Assembly (NCBI GenBank): GCA_044371095.1
Contig: JBILUH010000002.1
Location: 18,227-82,226, forward strand
Reading direction: 5' to 3'
Origin: Cyanobium sp.
GTDB lineage: Bacteria > Cyanobacteriota > Cyanobacteriia > PCC-6307 > Cyanobiaceae
DNA: 64,000 nucleotides
Below the pieces are notes generated by a model. That model was not told where the DNA came from. It worked only from the letters and a program-made list of their open reading frames with translations, and did no database searches. The translations under genes were made by a program, and so were the position numbers. This document shows positions 1 through 9,148 of this stretch, piece by piece. Positions within the stretch are counted from its first letter, which is position 1. Each line of letters begins with the position of its first letter.

Positions 1-509
1 GCAGTCCGCCCCAGGATCCCGGCCACCAGCTGAGCCAGGGCAGCTACGGCAGGGCACAGCTCGCCCAGCTTGCGGCTCTCGGTTGTGTTGCCAGCAGTGA
101 TGCCGATTTCACCGGCTGTCGAGTCGAGCGCGAAACAGCCCTCCTCGCCCTCAGGCGTCAGCCCGAACAGCAGCAGCCCGGTTTGGGTTGTGAATAGCGC
201 GGCGCCGGTTTCGGAGCGCAGCTGGTGAATCTTGGCGGCCGTCAGCTCCCTGGCCATCACCGCCCCGGAGGGTGCAACGGCAACAGCGGCGGCCTCCTCA
301 TCCAGCTCAGCAGCGATCGCCCGCAGACGGTCGGCACGGCTGGCGGCAGCCAGCCCGACGGCCTGGCTGTATCGCTGCCAACCCAGCTCCAGCAGCACGC
401 GGGCGCCGGCCACCTCGCCACGGCCAGCCCCGGCAGCAACGCAACGGTCCAGGGTCTCGGGATCGCATCGGATCCCTATTTGTTTTGTGTATCCAGGGGG
501 GCGAGACAT
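1..509 (-). CDS. hypothetical protein (first 169 codons; ORF continues past the window start)
   Basis: Manual minus-strand translation from the ATG at 509-507 gives MSRPPGYTKQIGIRCDPETLDRCVAAGAGRGEV... There is no stop down to position 1, the codons are GC3-rich, and GGAGAG sits 3 nt upstream of the ATG. It is missing from the ORF track because the window edge truncates it. Confidence 0.5.
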   Translation of the reverse strand, partial: MSRPPGYTKQIGIRCDPETLDRCVAAGAGRGEVAGARVLLELGWQRYSQAVGLAAASRADRLRAIAAELDEEAAAVAVAPSGAVMARELTAAKIHQLRSETGAALFTTQTGLLLFGLTPEGEEGCFALDSTAGEIGITAGNTTESRKLGELCPAVAALAQLVAGILGRT

Positions 510-790
510 AGGCTCTCCGTTGTCTTCAGCATTAAGGTAGCACTGATACCAAGTGTGGCGACGGTCCGCCACTGGCCCCTCCCAGTTATCACTCACTCTT
601 TGAAAATGCAGCGGGAACTATCGGTAACCAGCGGGAAGCAACCGGGGCCGGAATGGGCTCCAGCTGTGCGGGTTGTGCTCCGGCTCGGCTGGCAGCCGCT
701 GCCGATCTGCCCGACGCAGCAGCCCGACGACGATCGGCCCGGCGCCCCCCAGGGGCCGGGTTGAATGGGGCTCGATCCCTCCGGGGTCGA

Positions 791-979
791 TCAGCTGCAG
801 GCGGCCACCTCCAGCGCGGCCAGTAGATCAGCGCGGCGGCCAGATCGGCTCAGCTGGCGCGGCAGCCCAGAATGGCGGGCCAGCTGGCGCAGCTCGCGGA
901 CGGGCACGGCGCCCGCTTTATCCGCCTCGGCGGTGCTGTTCGCTTTCCCCTCTCGGAGGTGCTCCGGGTTGAGCTGCAT
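791..979 (-). CDS. small protein with a Rho_N/SAP-like helix motif
   Basis: 62-aa ORF with GC3-rich codons. VRELRQLARHSGLPRQLSRSGRRADLLAALE resembles Rho N-terminal/SAP-type motifs common in phage and island proteins. It lies 34 nt downstream of the recombinase stop on the same strand. Confidence 0.45.
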   Translation of the reverse strand: MQLNPEHLREGKANSTAEADKAGAVPVRELRQLARHSGLPRQLSRSGRRADLLAALEVAACS

Positions 980-1013
980 GGCCAGCCCACCACAGCGCCG
1001 AAACGCTGAGCCC

Positions 1014-2663
1014 TCAGCCGCTGAGCTTCACGCTCACAACGTGGCCCCCTGATACCTCGATCCGCCCCACGGCCCGCAGAACCTGCCGCCGAACAGCCGG
1101 GGTTGTGAACAGGTCTGGCCCGATGCTCGGCAGCACAGCGGCCAGCTGAGCTGCGGCGGCGGCTTGGCCCTCCAGCTGTGCCACATCGGCAGCAGCCTCA
1201 GCCTCAGCAGCGGCCACGCGGCTCTCCAGCCCCAGCACCAGCGCCCGAGCTTCAGGCAGTCCTGTTGCCGCCAGCAGCCCCCGAGCCTGCTGCAGTTGCT
1301 CCAGCAGCTCAGCCGGTGCGGCCCCGTCACCACCAGCGGCGCGAGCCGCCTCCCTACTGCCGAGCATCAGGCCGGCCACTCGCTCGGCCTCAGCCACCAG
1401 CAGCGGCAGCAGCTCGTAGCAGAGGCGTCGCTCTGAAATGCCCGGTTGATCGCACAGGCCAACAGCACGGCGGGCACCAGCACAGCGCAGGGTCCGATGG
1501 GCGGGTTCGCTGGCTTTCTTGCCTGCTCGGGTGGACTGCTGCCGCAGGCGCCGGCCGCAGCTGCAGAACGCCACAGCCGTGAACGATGGCATCCGCTCGG
1601 GGTCGCTGCTGCGCCGTCTGGCGATCGCTCGGCCCTTCTCGGCGTTCTCCGCCAGCAACCTCAGCACGCGCCGGCCGGTGGCGGCATCCACCAACGCGGG
1701 GTGAGTGTCGCGGGTGAGCTGCCACGCGTCCCAGGGCAGCCGCTTGTAACGCGCCTTGCCGCTGCCGCTCTCCGGCTCGATCCGCTCATACCTGTTTGCT
1801 GTGGTGTGGCCGCCCAGCTCGGCAGCGCACAGCTCCAGCCACCCCCTCGCGCTTTCGTGATTCAGCGCAAGGCAGCGTTTCAGCATCGGCTCCAGCACCC
1901 CCTCAGGTGTTTTGCCGGCTGCCTCCCGTAGTTCTGACTTCCAGGTCGCTACGGCAGTCCAGATCGAGCCAGCCTTCAGGTACAGCTCCACAAGGCGCCG
2001 GGCGGCGTCGGCAACCGTCAGCCCGGCCACCAGGGGCCGATCATCCAGCACATAACGGCGCCCATCTCCGCTCCCCTCCAGTCGCAGCCCGAGGGGTGAG
2101 CGCCTTGCCCTTGGCAGCCCCTGCTGGGCAGCGTGGGCGTAATGCCGCCTGAGGCGTGAGCCGATCCGGCGGCTCTCCATCTCCGCATCAAAAGCGGCAC
2201 GCTGCCTCAGCTCCTCAGCCTCGGGGGCGTCGCTGTTCAGCCATGGCTCACTCCAGAACCGCCAGGCGGTGCCACTGCGGGCGCATAGAGCAAAGAACGC
2301 TCGGGTCTCGAACAGATCACGCGCCAGACGGTCGGAACGATCCGCCCAGACCGTGCTCACCACTCCAGCCCGCACCAGCTCCAGCAGCCGCTGCCACTGG
2401 GGCCGGTCAGAGCTGCGGCCGCTCTCCTGCTCCAGCAGCAGATCATCAGGCGAAACCCAAACCCTCAGGGCTGCGGCGCGCTGCTGCTCCAGGCTGGCCT
2501 GCTGTGCCGGTTCTTCAGTGCTGACCCTCGCATAGGCGACTGGGCGCCGCTCAGATCTTGATTGGTGCGTTGTCGCCTCGGAGGATGCAGTGGCTGATCC
2601 GCCAGTCGTAGTGATCCCAGACGGCTGCAGGGAGCTTGTAAGACGCGCCGGGGAACTCTCCAA
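1014..2663 (-). CDS. large serine recombinase (resolvase catalytic domain + recombinase domain + zinc ribbon + coiled coil)
   Basis: 549-aa ORF with the catalytic motif VAYARVSTEE and DRLARD. It has the Cys cluster FCSCGRRLRQ...LRCAG and an Ala-rich C-terminal coiled coil. The only in-frame start candidate is TTG at 2663, which lies inside msrA. Confidence 0.9.
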   Translation of the reverse strand: MESSPARLTSSLQPSGITTTGGSATASSEATTHQSRSERRPVAYARVSTEEPAQQASLEQQRAAALRVWVSPDDLLLEQESGRSSDRPQWQRLLELVRAGVVSTVWADRSDRLARDLFETRAFFALCARSGTAWRFWSEPWLNSDAPEAEELRQRAAFDAEMESRRIGSRLRRHYAHAAQQGLPRARRSPLGLRLEGSGDGRRYVLDDRPLVAGLTVADAARRLVELYLKAGSIWTAVATWKSELREAAGKTPEGVLEPMLKRCLALNHESARGWLELCAAELGGHTTANRYERIEPESGSGKARYKRLPWDAWQLTRDTHPALVDAATGRRVLRLLAENAEKGRAIARRRSSDPERMPSFTAVAFCSCGRRLRQQSTRAGKKASEPAHRTLRCAGARRAVGLCDQPGISERRLCYELLPLLVAEAERVAGLMLGSREAARAAGGDGAAPAELLEQLQQARGLLAATGLPEARALVLGLESRVAAAEAEAAADVAQLEGQAAAAAQLAAVLPSIGPDLFTTPAVRRQVLRAVGRIEVSGGHVVSVKLSG

Positions 2664-3246
2664 GCGGAACTCCTGTGGGCTGTGCCGAACAGTAGGGCCG
2701 GCTGCCTTCTCTTGCTAAGTACTGCTGGTGATAAGGCTCTGCAAACCAGAAGGTCTGCTGGCTCCGCAGCTCGGTGGTGATTGCTCCGAAGCCGGCGCTG
2801 CTCAGGAGGGCCTGGTAGGCGTCGCGGCTGGCCTCGGCCTGCGCCATCAGGGCTGGATCATTGACGTAAACCACCGACCGGTACTGACTGCCGCGATCGT
2901 TGCCCTGGCGATCTCCCTGGGTGGGGTCGTGGCATTCCCAGAAGAGCTTCAGCAGGTCGCTGAAATCAACCTGGGTGGTGTCCCACACCACCCGCACCAC
3001 CTCGCTGTGGCCCGTACGCCCGGAGCACACCTGGTCGTAGCTGGGTTGCTGGATCGTTCCTCCCGCGTAGCCGACCGCCGTGGTCACCACCCCAGGAAGG
3101 CGCCAGAAGCCCTTTTCAGCGCCCCAGAAACAACCGCAGCCGAACACGGCTTCGTTCTGTCCCGGCTGGGGATCCGCATCGATCGGGGTGCCCAGCACCA
3201 CATGGGGGGATTGGGTCTGGGGAGCGGTCTGAAACAGCCCTAACAC
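2551..3246 (-). CDS. msrA: peptide-methionine (S)-S-oxide reductase
   Basis: 231 aa with the active-site motif GCGCFWGAEKGFW and YHQQYL. Confidence 0.9.
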   Translation of the reverse strand: MLGLFQTAPQTQSPHVVLGTPIDADPQPGQNEAVFGCGCFWGAEKGFWRLPGVVTTAVGYAGGTIQQPSYDQVCSGRTGHSEVVRVVWDTTQVDFSDLLKLFWECHDPTQGDRQGNDRGSQYRSVVYVNDPALMAQAEASRDAYQALLSSAGFGAITTELRSQQTFWFAEPYHQQYLAREGSRPYCSAQPTGVPLGEFPGASYKLPAAVWDHYDWRISHCILRGDNAPIKI

Positions 3247-3272
3247 GCTCGATCGTGCAATGGGATCTGAGC

Positions 3273-3563
3273 CTAGGCAGCCCCTTTCGAGCCTGCGTCG
3301 GCCTCCAGGGCGATGTGGTTGAGCAGGGTGGTGGTGAAGGCGAACAGCAGAAAGGGCAGCGACAGCACCAGGATCAATCCCACCCCCACCAGGGCGAAGA
3401 TCGGTTTGCTGGCCCCCATCAGCGCCAGACCCGCCGCCAGGCTGACGAAAATCACCAGCATCCAGATCAGGATCTGGCCGTAGATGTCGCCGAAGGTCAG
3501 GGTGCAGCGCAGCCGGTACGACAGGCCGGTCAGTCGGGCGGCGGACGACGTTGCGGGCTCCAT
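3273..3563 (-). CDS. small membrane protein, unknown function
   Basis: 96-aa ORF with two hydrophobic helices (ILIWMLVIFVSLAAGLALMG and IFALVGVGLILVLSLPFLLFAF). It is co-oriented downstream of the ABC exporter gene. Confidence 0.5.
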   Translation of the reverse strand: MEPATSSAARLTGLSYRLRCTLTFGDIYGQILIWMLVIFVSLAAGLALMGASKPIFALVGVGLILVLSLPFLLFAFTTTLLNHIALEADAGSKGAA

Positions 3564-3643
3564 GACGCGGGACGCGAGAGGCGATCTTCTCCAGGTAAGC
3601 CCCGGCGGGCCGGGTTGTCTGGTCTGGGCAACAAGTGTTGAAG

Positions 3644-3722
3644 TCAGCCCGCAGCCTTCAGCTGCAACGGTCAGCCCGCAGCCTTCAGCTGCTCGGTCAG
3701 CCCGCAGCCTTCAGCTGCTCGG
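3644..3722. repeat. tandem 27/26/26-bp triplication of the ABC-exporter stop-codon region
   Basis: TCAGCCCGCAGCCTTCAGCTGCAACGG (3644-3670), TCAGCCCGCAGCCTTCAGCTGCTCGG (3671-3696) and TCAGCCCGCAGCCTTCAGCTGCTCGG (3697-3722). The last copy encodes ...EQLKAAG-stop of the gene. Confidence 0.95.
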
Positions 3723-5463
3723 TGGCCTGTTCCCGATCCCACAGGCGTCGGTAGGTGCCGCCCTGGGCGAGCAGCGCGCTGTGGTGACCCTGCTGAACCA
3801 GGCGCCCCTCCTCCAGCACCAGCACCCGGTCACAGGCGGCGGCGGCCGAAAGCTGGTGGCTGATCATCAGGATCGTGCGGGCCTGTTGCTGGCGCGACTG
3901 CTCCTGGCGAATGCTGCGCAGGATCTCGGCGGCGGTGGTGTTGTCGACGCTGGCCAGGGCGTCATCCAGCACCAGCAAAGGGGTTTGAACCAACAGGGCC
4001 CGGCCCAGAGCCGTGCGCTGACGCTGGCCACCGCTGAGGGTGATCCCCCGTTCCCCCACCAGGGTGTTGTATCCATCGGGGAAGCCCTTGATATCGCCCT
4101 CGAGTCGCGCCTGGCGGGCGGCGGCCTGCACGCGCTCCAGGGGCGCTTCGGGCTCGCCATAGCGGAGGTTGTCGGCCAGGCTGGCTGTGAACAGGTAACC
4201 CTCCTGGGGTACGAGGCCCACCTGGGCGCGCAGGGCCTCGAGATCGAGGGCAGTGATATCGACCCCATCGAGCCAGAGCTGGCCGGGCTCCACCTCCACC
4301 ATGCGTCCCAGGGCGCGGGCCAGGGTGGTTTTGCCGCAGCCGACCGGTCCCACCACGGCCACCAGTTCGCCGGGATGGAGCGCAAAGCTGACGTCCACGA
4401 GAGCCGGACGGGGGGCGCCGGGGTAACGCACCGTCAGACCGCGGGCTTCGACCGCACCCCGGCTGGGTTGGGCTGGCGGCTGGGGGGACGGGGGCGACAC
4501 GATCAGGGGTCGGCGGCGCAACAGTTCCTCGACCCGCTCGAGGCTCACCTGGCCCGTCTGGAAGGTGTTCAGAGTGAAGCCCAGCAGCGCCGTGGGGAAC
4601 ACCAGCCGCTCCACAAACAGGATCAGGGCGACGAGGTCGCCGATCGTCAACCGGCCACTTTCGAGCTGACCGCTGCCCAGGGCCAGCAGCAGCAGCAGGC
4701 TGATCGAGGAGATGCCCTCCAACAGCGGAAAGAGGGTGCTGCGGGTGCGTGCCAGTCCAAGCGCTGCATCCCGGTACATCCGATTGCGTCCGGCGAAGGC
4801 GGCCTGTTCAGTGCTCTCCTGGCCGTAGATCTTGATGGCGCTGATGCCCGAGAGGTCCTCCTGGATCAGATCGCTCAGAGAGGCCAGCGCTTCCTGTTGG
4901 CGCCGTTGTTGGCGCATCATCCGCCCACCGAACAGGCGCACCACCATCAGCATCAGCGGGTAGAGCCCGACGGCCGCCAGGCTCAGCCAGGGGTCAATGG
5001 CGAGCATGGCCGGCAAGGTGAGCGCATAGGCCAACACCGTGTTGGTGAGGCTGAGCACGGCGAAGCCCAGCAGGCGCCTTACGTTTTCCACGTCGCTGGT
5101 GGCCCGGCTGATCACCTCACCGCTGCCGGTGGTTTGCACCCAGCCGGGCTCCTGCCGCAGCAGGTGATCAAAGATCTGCTGCTTGAGATCGGCCTCCACC
5201 TGGCGGCCCACGCCAAACACCAACATCCGCGAGTAGAGCCGCACCGCCCCCATCACCGTCGCCAGGGCGACGATCAGGGCCGCTTGAGCCAGCACGTCCT
5301 GGAGGGCAAAGCCGTCCTGCAGGTCGTCGATCACCCGCCGCACCAACAGCGGTATCGACACGCTCAGCAGGTTCACCACCACCAGGGCGGCCATGCCCTG
5401 GAGCACCACCTTGCGGTGGGGCCTCAGGTAGCGGCCAATCAGATCCAGCCGGATGGCTCCCAT
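3697..5463 (-). CDS. ABC exporter, fused permease/ATPase (MsbA/multidrug type)
   Basis: N-terminal multi-TM exporter domain, Walker A GPVGCGKTT, signature LSGGQRQR and Walker B LLVLDDALS. The ATG at 5463 is preferred over the TTG at 5490. Confidence 0.9.
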   Translation of the reverse strand: MGAIRLDLIGRYLRPHRKVVLQGMAALVVVNLLSVSIPLLVRRVIDDLQDGFALQDVLAQAALIVALATVMGAVRLYSRMLVFGVGRQVEADLKQQIFDHLLRQEPGWVQTTGSGEVISRATSDVENVRRLLGFAVLSLTNTVLAYALTLPAMLAIDPWLSLAAVGLYPLMLMVVRLFGGRMMRQQRRQQEALASLSDLIQEDLSGISAIKIYGQESTEQAAFAGRNRMYRDAALGLARTRSTLFPLLEGISSISLLLLLALGSGQLESGRLTIGDLVALILFVERLVFPTALLGFTLNTFQTGQVSLERVEELLRRRPLIVSPPSPQPPAQPSRGAVEARGLTVRYPGAPRPALVDVSFALHPGELVAVVGPVGCGKTTLARALGRMVEVEPGQLWLDGVDITALDLEALRAQVGLVPQEGYLFTASLADNLRYGEPEAPLERVQAAARQARLEGDIKGFPDGYNTLVGERGITLSGGQRQRTALGRALLVQTPLLVLDDALASVDNTTAAEILRSIRQEQSRQQQARTILMISHQLSAAAACDRVLVLEEGRLVQQGHHSALLAQGGTYRRLWDREQATEQLKAAG

Positions 5464-5540
5464 CGGGGCCGGGTGCACAGGTGGCACCAACCTAGAGATG
5501 TCCTTTTCCGGCAGGCTGGTTGGCGAATTGGGTGAGCGCC

Positions 5541-5903
5541 ATGGCGTCCGGTAACCATCCTTCCTGTAATCCGGCTTCGGGTAACCCGGCCTCGGGTAAC
5601 AACGACCAGAGCCATCCTCTGTATGCCACCGACCGCGACGTGGTGGACCGCTTGCTGGCGGCTGAAGTGCCGGCCGATGACCACCTGGTGGATGCGGCCC
5701 GTTTGTTGATGCGCTACGAGGGTTTTCCTGGCGCCCACGACCTCAGCGCCGACCTGGCCAAGACGCTGCGACTCTGGGGCCTGAGCCGCGAGGCCCTGCA
5801 CAGCCGCACCCGCGCAATCTGGGAAGCGGGCTTCCGCCCGGCGCCGGCGACCCGTGAAGCGGTCGGATCCAGCTTTGATACTGCCGACCAGGAGCAGGGC
5901 TGA
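5541..5903 (+). CDS. conserved cyanobacterial protein (DUF3288-like)
   Basis: HPLYATDRDVVDRLLA...ARLLMRYEGFPGAHDL matches my recollection of the DUF3288 family. The N-terminus carries the duplication NPASGNPASGN, from a 15-bp tandem repeat. Confidence 0.6.
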   Translation: MASGNHPSCNPASGNPASGNNDQSHPLYATDRDVVDRLLAAEVPADDHLVDAARLLMRYEGFPGAHDLSADLAKTLRLWGLSREALHSRTRAIWEAGFRPAPATREAVGSSFDTADQEQG

Positions 5904-5972
5904 ACAACCGTGGCCGGGGGCATCGCCAATTTCCCCTTCTTCGGGTGATAGTGGAGAAGTCCCCATCACCCG

Positions 5973-6002
5973 GCCCGGCGTGCTTTGCACCCGGGCTTTT
6001 TT
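5973..6002 (+). terminator. Rho-independent terminator
   Basis: GCCCGG-c-GTGC ttt GCAC-CCGGGC forms a 10-bp GC-rich stem with one bulge, followed by TTTTTT. Confidence 0.7.
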
Positions 6003-6059
6003 CTGGCTCCAATCCCGGTTCAATCCCGGCTCCAACGGGTCATTCCCTTCCCCATCCCC

Positions 6060-7103
6060 ATGGTCCAAGCCCATCCCTGGCCCGCCCTTCTCGAGCAACT
6101 GCTGCAGGGGGACTCGCTGTCGACGGAGCAGGCCACGGCGCTCATGCACGGCTGGCTGGCTCAGCAGATCGACCCCGTGCTCACCGGCGGCTTGCTGGTG
6201 GCTCTGCGGGCCAAGGGGGTGACGGGCGGCGAGTTGGCGGCGATGGCCGCGGTGCTGCGGCAGGCCTGTCCCATGCCTGCCGCCCGCCCGTCCTTCGATC
6301 TGGTGGACACCTGCGGCACTGGGGGTGACGGTGCCGACAGCTTCAACATTTCCACGGCTGTGGCCTTTGTGGCGGCTGCCTGCGGTGCGCCCGTGGCGAA
6401 GCACGGCAACCGCAGTGCCAGTGGCCGGGTCGGTTCGGCCGACGTTTTGGAAGCCCTGGGCCTCCATCTGCAGGCACCAGCGGAGCAGGTGATCGGCGCC
6501 CTGGGCGATGCGGGGCTCACGTTTCTGTTTGCCCCGGGCTGGCATCCGGCTCTCGTCGGCCTGGCCCCTCTGCGCCGCACCCTGGGGGTCCGCACCGTGT
6601 TCAACCTGCTGGGTCCGCTGGTCAATCCCCTGCGCCCCGAAGCCCAGGTTTTAGGGGTGGCCAGGCCGGAGTTGCTTGATCCCATGGCCGAGGCACTGGC
6701 CCAGCTCGGCCTGCGGCGAGCGGTGGTGGTGCACGGCCACGGTGGCCTGGATGAGGCGTCCTTGGGCGGCATCAATGCCCTGCGGCTGGTGGACAACGGA
6801 GCGGTCCAAGCCGATCAGCTGGACCCCGAGCAGCTGGGTCTGGGTCGGGCTCCGCTCGCAGCCCTGGCCGGCGGCGACCTCGACACCAACCGCGCCATCC
6901 TCGAAGCGGTGCTCCAGGGCCGGGGCACTCAGCCGCAACAGGATGTGGTGGCCTTGAACGCGGCCCTGGTTCTCTGGGCCGCTGGCCGGGCCGACAGCGT
7001 GGCGGAGGGACTCCAGCAGGCCCAGCAGGCCCTGGAGGCGGGCAGCGGCTGGCTGGCCCTGGAGCGGCTGCGCGCCGCCCTCCCTGCCCCCGCTGCGGGA
7101 TGA
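6060..7103 (+). CDS. trpD: anthranilate phosphoribosyltransferase
   Basis: GTGGDG and [39 protein letters not shown]. The start is taken at ATG 6060 (MVQAHPW...) rather than the upstream track start. Confidence 0.9.
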   Translation: MVQAHPWPALLEQLLQGDSLSTEQATALMHGWLAQQIDPVLTGGLLVALRAKGVTGGELAAMAAVLRQACPMPAARPSFDLVDTCGTGGDGADSFNISTAVAFVAAACGAPVAKHGNRSASGRVGSADVLEALGLHLQAPAEQVIGALGDAGLTFLFAPGWHPALVGLAPLRRTLGVRTVFNLLGPLVNPLRPEAQVLGVARPELLDPMAEALAQLGLRRAVVVHGHGGLDEASLGGINALRLVDNGAVQADQLDPEQLGLGRAPLAALAGGDLDTNRAILEAVLQGRGTQPQQDVVALNAALVLWAAGRADSVAEGLQQAQQALEAGSGWLALERLRAALPAPAAG

Positions 7104-7125
7104 TCAACCCAACTGCGTCAAACCC

Positions 7126-8262
7126 GTGAGCGAGCCTGCTGCCACTGCCCTGCTGGTGCTGGCCGATGGCACGGTCCTCCGGGGTGAGGCGTTTGGCGCC
7201 CGCGGCACGGCCATCGGTGAAGTGGTCTTCAACACCGGCATGACCGGGTATCAGGAGGTGATGACGGACCCGAGTTACTCCGGGCAGCTGGTCACCTTCA
7301 CCTATCCCGAGCTGGGCAACACCGGCATCAACGCCGACGATCAGGAGGCCGACCGGCCCCATGTGCGCGGTGTCATCGCCCGCCAGCTGGCGCCACGTGC
7401 CAGCAATTGGCGCTCCGAAGGCGATCTGGAGGCATGGCTGAGCCACCACGGCGTGGTGGGTATCCGCGCCGTCGACACCCGCGCCCTGGTGCGCCACCTG
7501 CGTGAAGGAGGCGCCATCAACGGCGCCATCAGCACTGATGGCACCGCCCCGGGGGCCCTGCTGGAACAGGTGCGATCAGCGCCCTCGATGCAGGGGCTCA
7601 ACCTGGCGGCCCAGGTGTCGACCCGCGAGCCCTATCAGTGGGATCGTCCCTGTGGTGCCGCCTTTGATACCCGTGTACAGCAGCGCCCCGAGCGCCCTTA
7701 CCGCGTGGTGGCCGTTGATTTCGGCATCAAACGGGCCATTCTCGAGCGCTTGGTCGCCCATGGCTGTGAAGTCACCGTGTTGCCCGCCGCCGCCACCCTC
7801 GATCAGGTGCTCAGTCACCATCCGGAGGGTGTGTTCCTCTCCAATGGGCCTGGCGATCCGGCTGCCGTCGCCAGTGGCATCGAGCTGGCCAAGGGGCTGA
7901 TCGCCCAGCCCGACCTACCCCTGTTCGGCATCTGTCTGGGGCACCAGATCCTGGGGCTGGCGCTGGGCGGCAGCACCTTCAAGCTCGGTTACGGCCACCG
8001 TGGTCTCAACCATCCCTGCGGCAGCACCGGCCAGGTGGAGATCACCAGCCAGAACCACGGCTTTGCTCTGGACGCCGACTCCCTGCCCGTCGAGCGGGTG
8101 CGGGTGACCCATCACAACCTCAACGACCAGACGGTGGCGGCTCTGGAAATGCGCTCGGCGCCGGTGTTCGGCGTTCAGTACCACCCCGAAGCCAGTCCTG
8201 GTCCCCATGATGCCGACCACCACTTCGCCCGGTTTGCGGCCCTGATGGCCGCGCGCCGCTGA
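7126..8262 (+). CDS. carA: carbamoyl-phosphate synthase small (glutaminase) subunit
   Basis: 378 aa with a CPSase small-chain N-domain, the GATase motif GICLGHQ, and HGFA...YHPEA. Confidence 0.92.
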   Translation: MSEPAATALLVLADGTVLRGEAFGARGTAIGEVVFNTGMTGYQEVMTDPSYSGQLVTFTYPELGNTGINADDQEADRPHVRGVIARQLAPRASNWRSEGDLEAWLSHHGVVGIRAVDTRALVRHLREGGAINGAISTDGTAPGALLEQVRSAPSMQGLNLAAQVSTREPYQWDRPCGAAFDTRVQQRPERPYRVVAVDFGIKRAILERLVAHGCEVTVLPAAATLDQVLSHHPEGVFLSNGPGDPAAVASGIELAKGLIAQPDLPLFGICLGHQILGLALGGSTFKLGYGHRGLNHPCGSTGQVEITSQNHGFALDADSLPVERVRVTHHNLNDQTVAALEMRSAPVFGVQYHPEASPGPHDADHHFARFAALMAARR

Positions 8263-8364
8263 AGCCTGTCGCAGTTTTGTTGCGACTGCTGCAGCGGCAA
8301 ATTTGCTCTCTACACTTCGCCGCAGAACGGATCGAGGGCTGGAGCCATCAACGACCTGCAGCGA

Positions 8365-8709
8365 TTGACGGTCTCCCTGCGAGGGGGCTTCGAGCAGCAG
8401 GCCCACTGCCAGCTGTTCCGCTTCACAGGCCAGCTGGATGCCTACTCCGACAAGCAGTTCGGTGAGTTTGTGGCCACTCACCGTGGCACGGGCCAGCCCC
8501 TCGTGATCGATCTGAGCCACATCGACTTCATCGACTCCTCCGGACTCGGGGCGCTGGTGCAGCTCGCCAAGCAATGCAACACCGACCAGCAGCAGTTTCT
8601 GGTGGTGGGCAACGCCCGCGTGGTGCAGACCGTGAAGTTGGTTCGCCTGGAAGAGTTTCTGCATCTGCAGCCCGATCTCGATACCGCCCTTGGCAACCTC
8701 GCGGCCTGA
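8365..8709 (+). CDS. STAS-domain protein (anti-sigma-factor antagonist type)
   Basis: 114 aa with the motif DLSHIDFIDSSGLGALV, typical of SpoIIAA/RsbV-like proteins. Confidence 0.8.
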   Translation: MTVSLRGGFEQQAHCQLFRFTGQLDAYSDKQFGEFVATHRGTGQPLVIDLSHIDFIDSSGLGALVQLAKQCNTDQQQFLVVGNARVVQTVKLVRLEEFLHLQPDLDTALGNLAA

Positions 8710-8749
8710 GCAGGGCGGCCCCGGTGCTTCAGACAGCACCGGTTGGTTG

Positions 8750-9133
8750 GTGGGGCTGCCCCCCCAGCCCCCCGGCGCCGAACTCGGCCCCCTGCAGCTG
8801 GCCTGGCTGGGGGATGCGGTATGGGAGTTGCACCATCGCCTGCAGCGCTGCAGGCGTCCGGCCCGCTCCCAGACCCTGCATCAGCAGGTGGTGCAGGTGG
8901 TGCGAGCCGATGCCCAGGCCAAGGCCCTGGAATGTCTCGATTCCCTGCTCAGCGAGGCCGAGCGCGATCTGGTGCGGCGGGGCCGCAACCGTGCCGGTCG
9001 GGGGCCTCGGCGGGGGGATGCGGCTGTCTACGGACAAGCCACGGGTTTTGAGACGCTGCTGGGCTGGCTCTTTCTTCACAACCCTCCCCGGTTGGTCGAA
9101 CTGCTAGATCACTTGAAGGAGAACGATCCATAA
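8750..9133 (+). CDS. mrnC: mini-ribonuclease III
   Basis: LAWLGDAVWELHHRL and RRGRN motifs. The start is uncertain; candidates are TTG 8690, TTG 8747 and GTG 8750. Confidence 0.75.
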   Translation: MGLPPQPPGAELGPLQLAWLGDAVWELHHRLQRCRRPARSQTLHQQVVQVVRADAQAKALECLDSLLSEAERDLVRRGRNRAGRGPRRGDAAVYGQATGFETLLGWLFLHNPPRLVELLDHLKENDP

Positions 9134-9148
9134 CCTGCGGAAGACGCC

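Larger units (their letters stand above)
1..2663. mobile_element. right-hand end of a putative integrated element (serine-recombinase type); the other boundary is outside the window
   Basis: A recombinase plus two orphan ORFs, all co-oriented, abut and overlap the 3' end of the core gene msrA. Everything to the right is core genome. Confidence 0.45.

Noticed and set aside
3644-3722. CRISPR-like array
   Set aside because: The copies are directly adjacent with no spacers, and they duplicate a gene terminus. No cas genes are present in the window.
3484-5535. 683-aa plus-strand ORF
   Set aside because: It is antisense to the ABC exporter gene, which has clear Walker and signature motifs. Its composition is low-complexity (Q/G/A/H/L-rich), typical of GC-driven shadow ORFs.
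6010-6035. GGTTCAATCCCGG, a tRNA T-arm-like string
   Set aside because: No acceptor, D or anticodon arms can be folded around it. It is a short direct repeat (CAATCCCGG twice) in the trpD leader.
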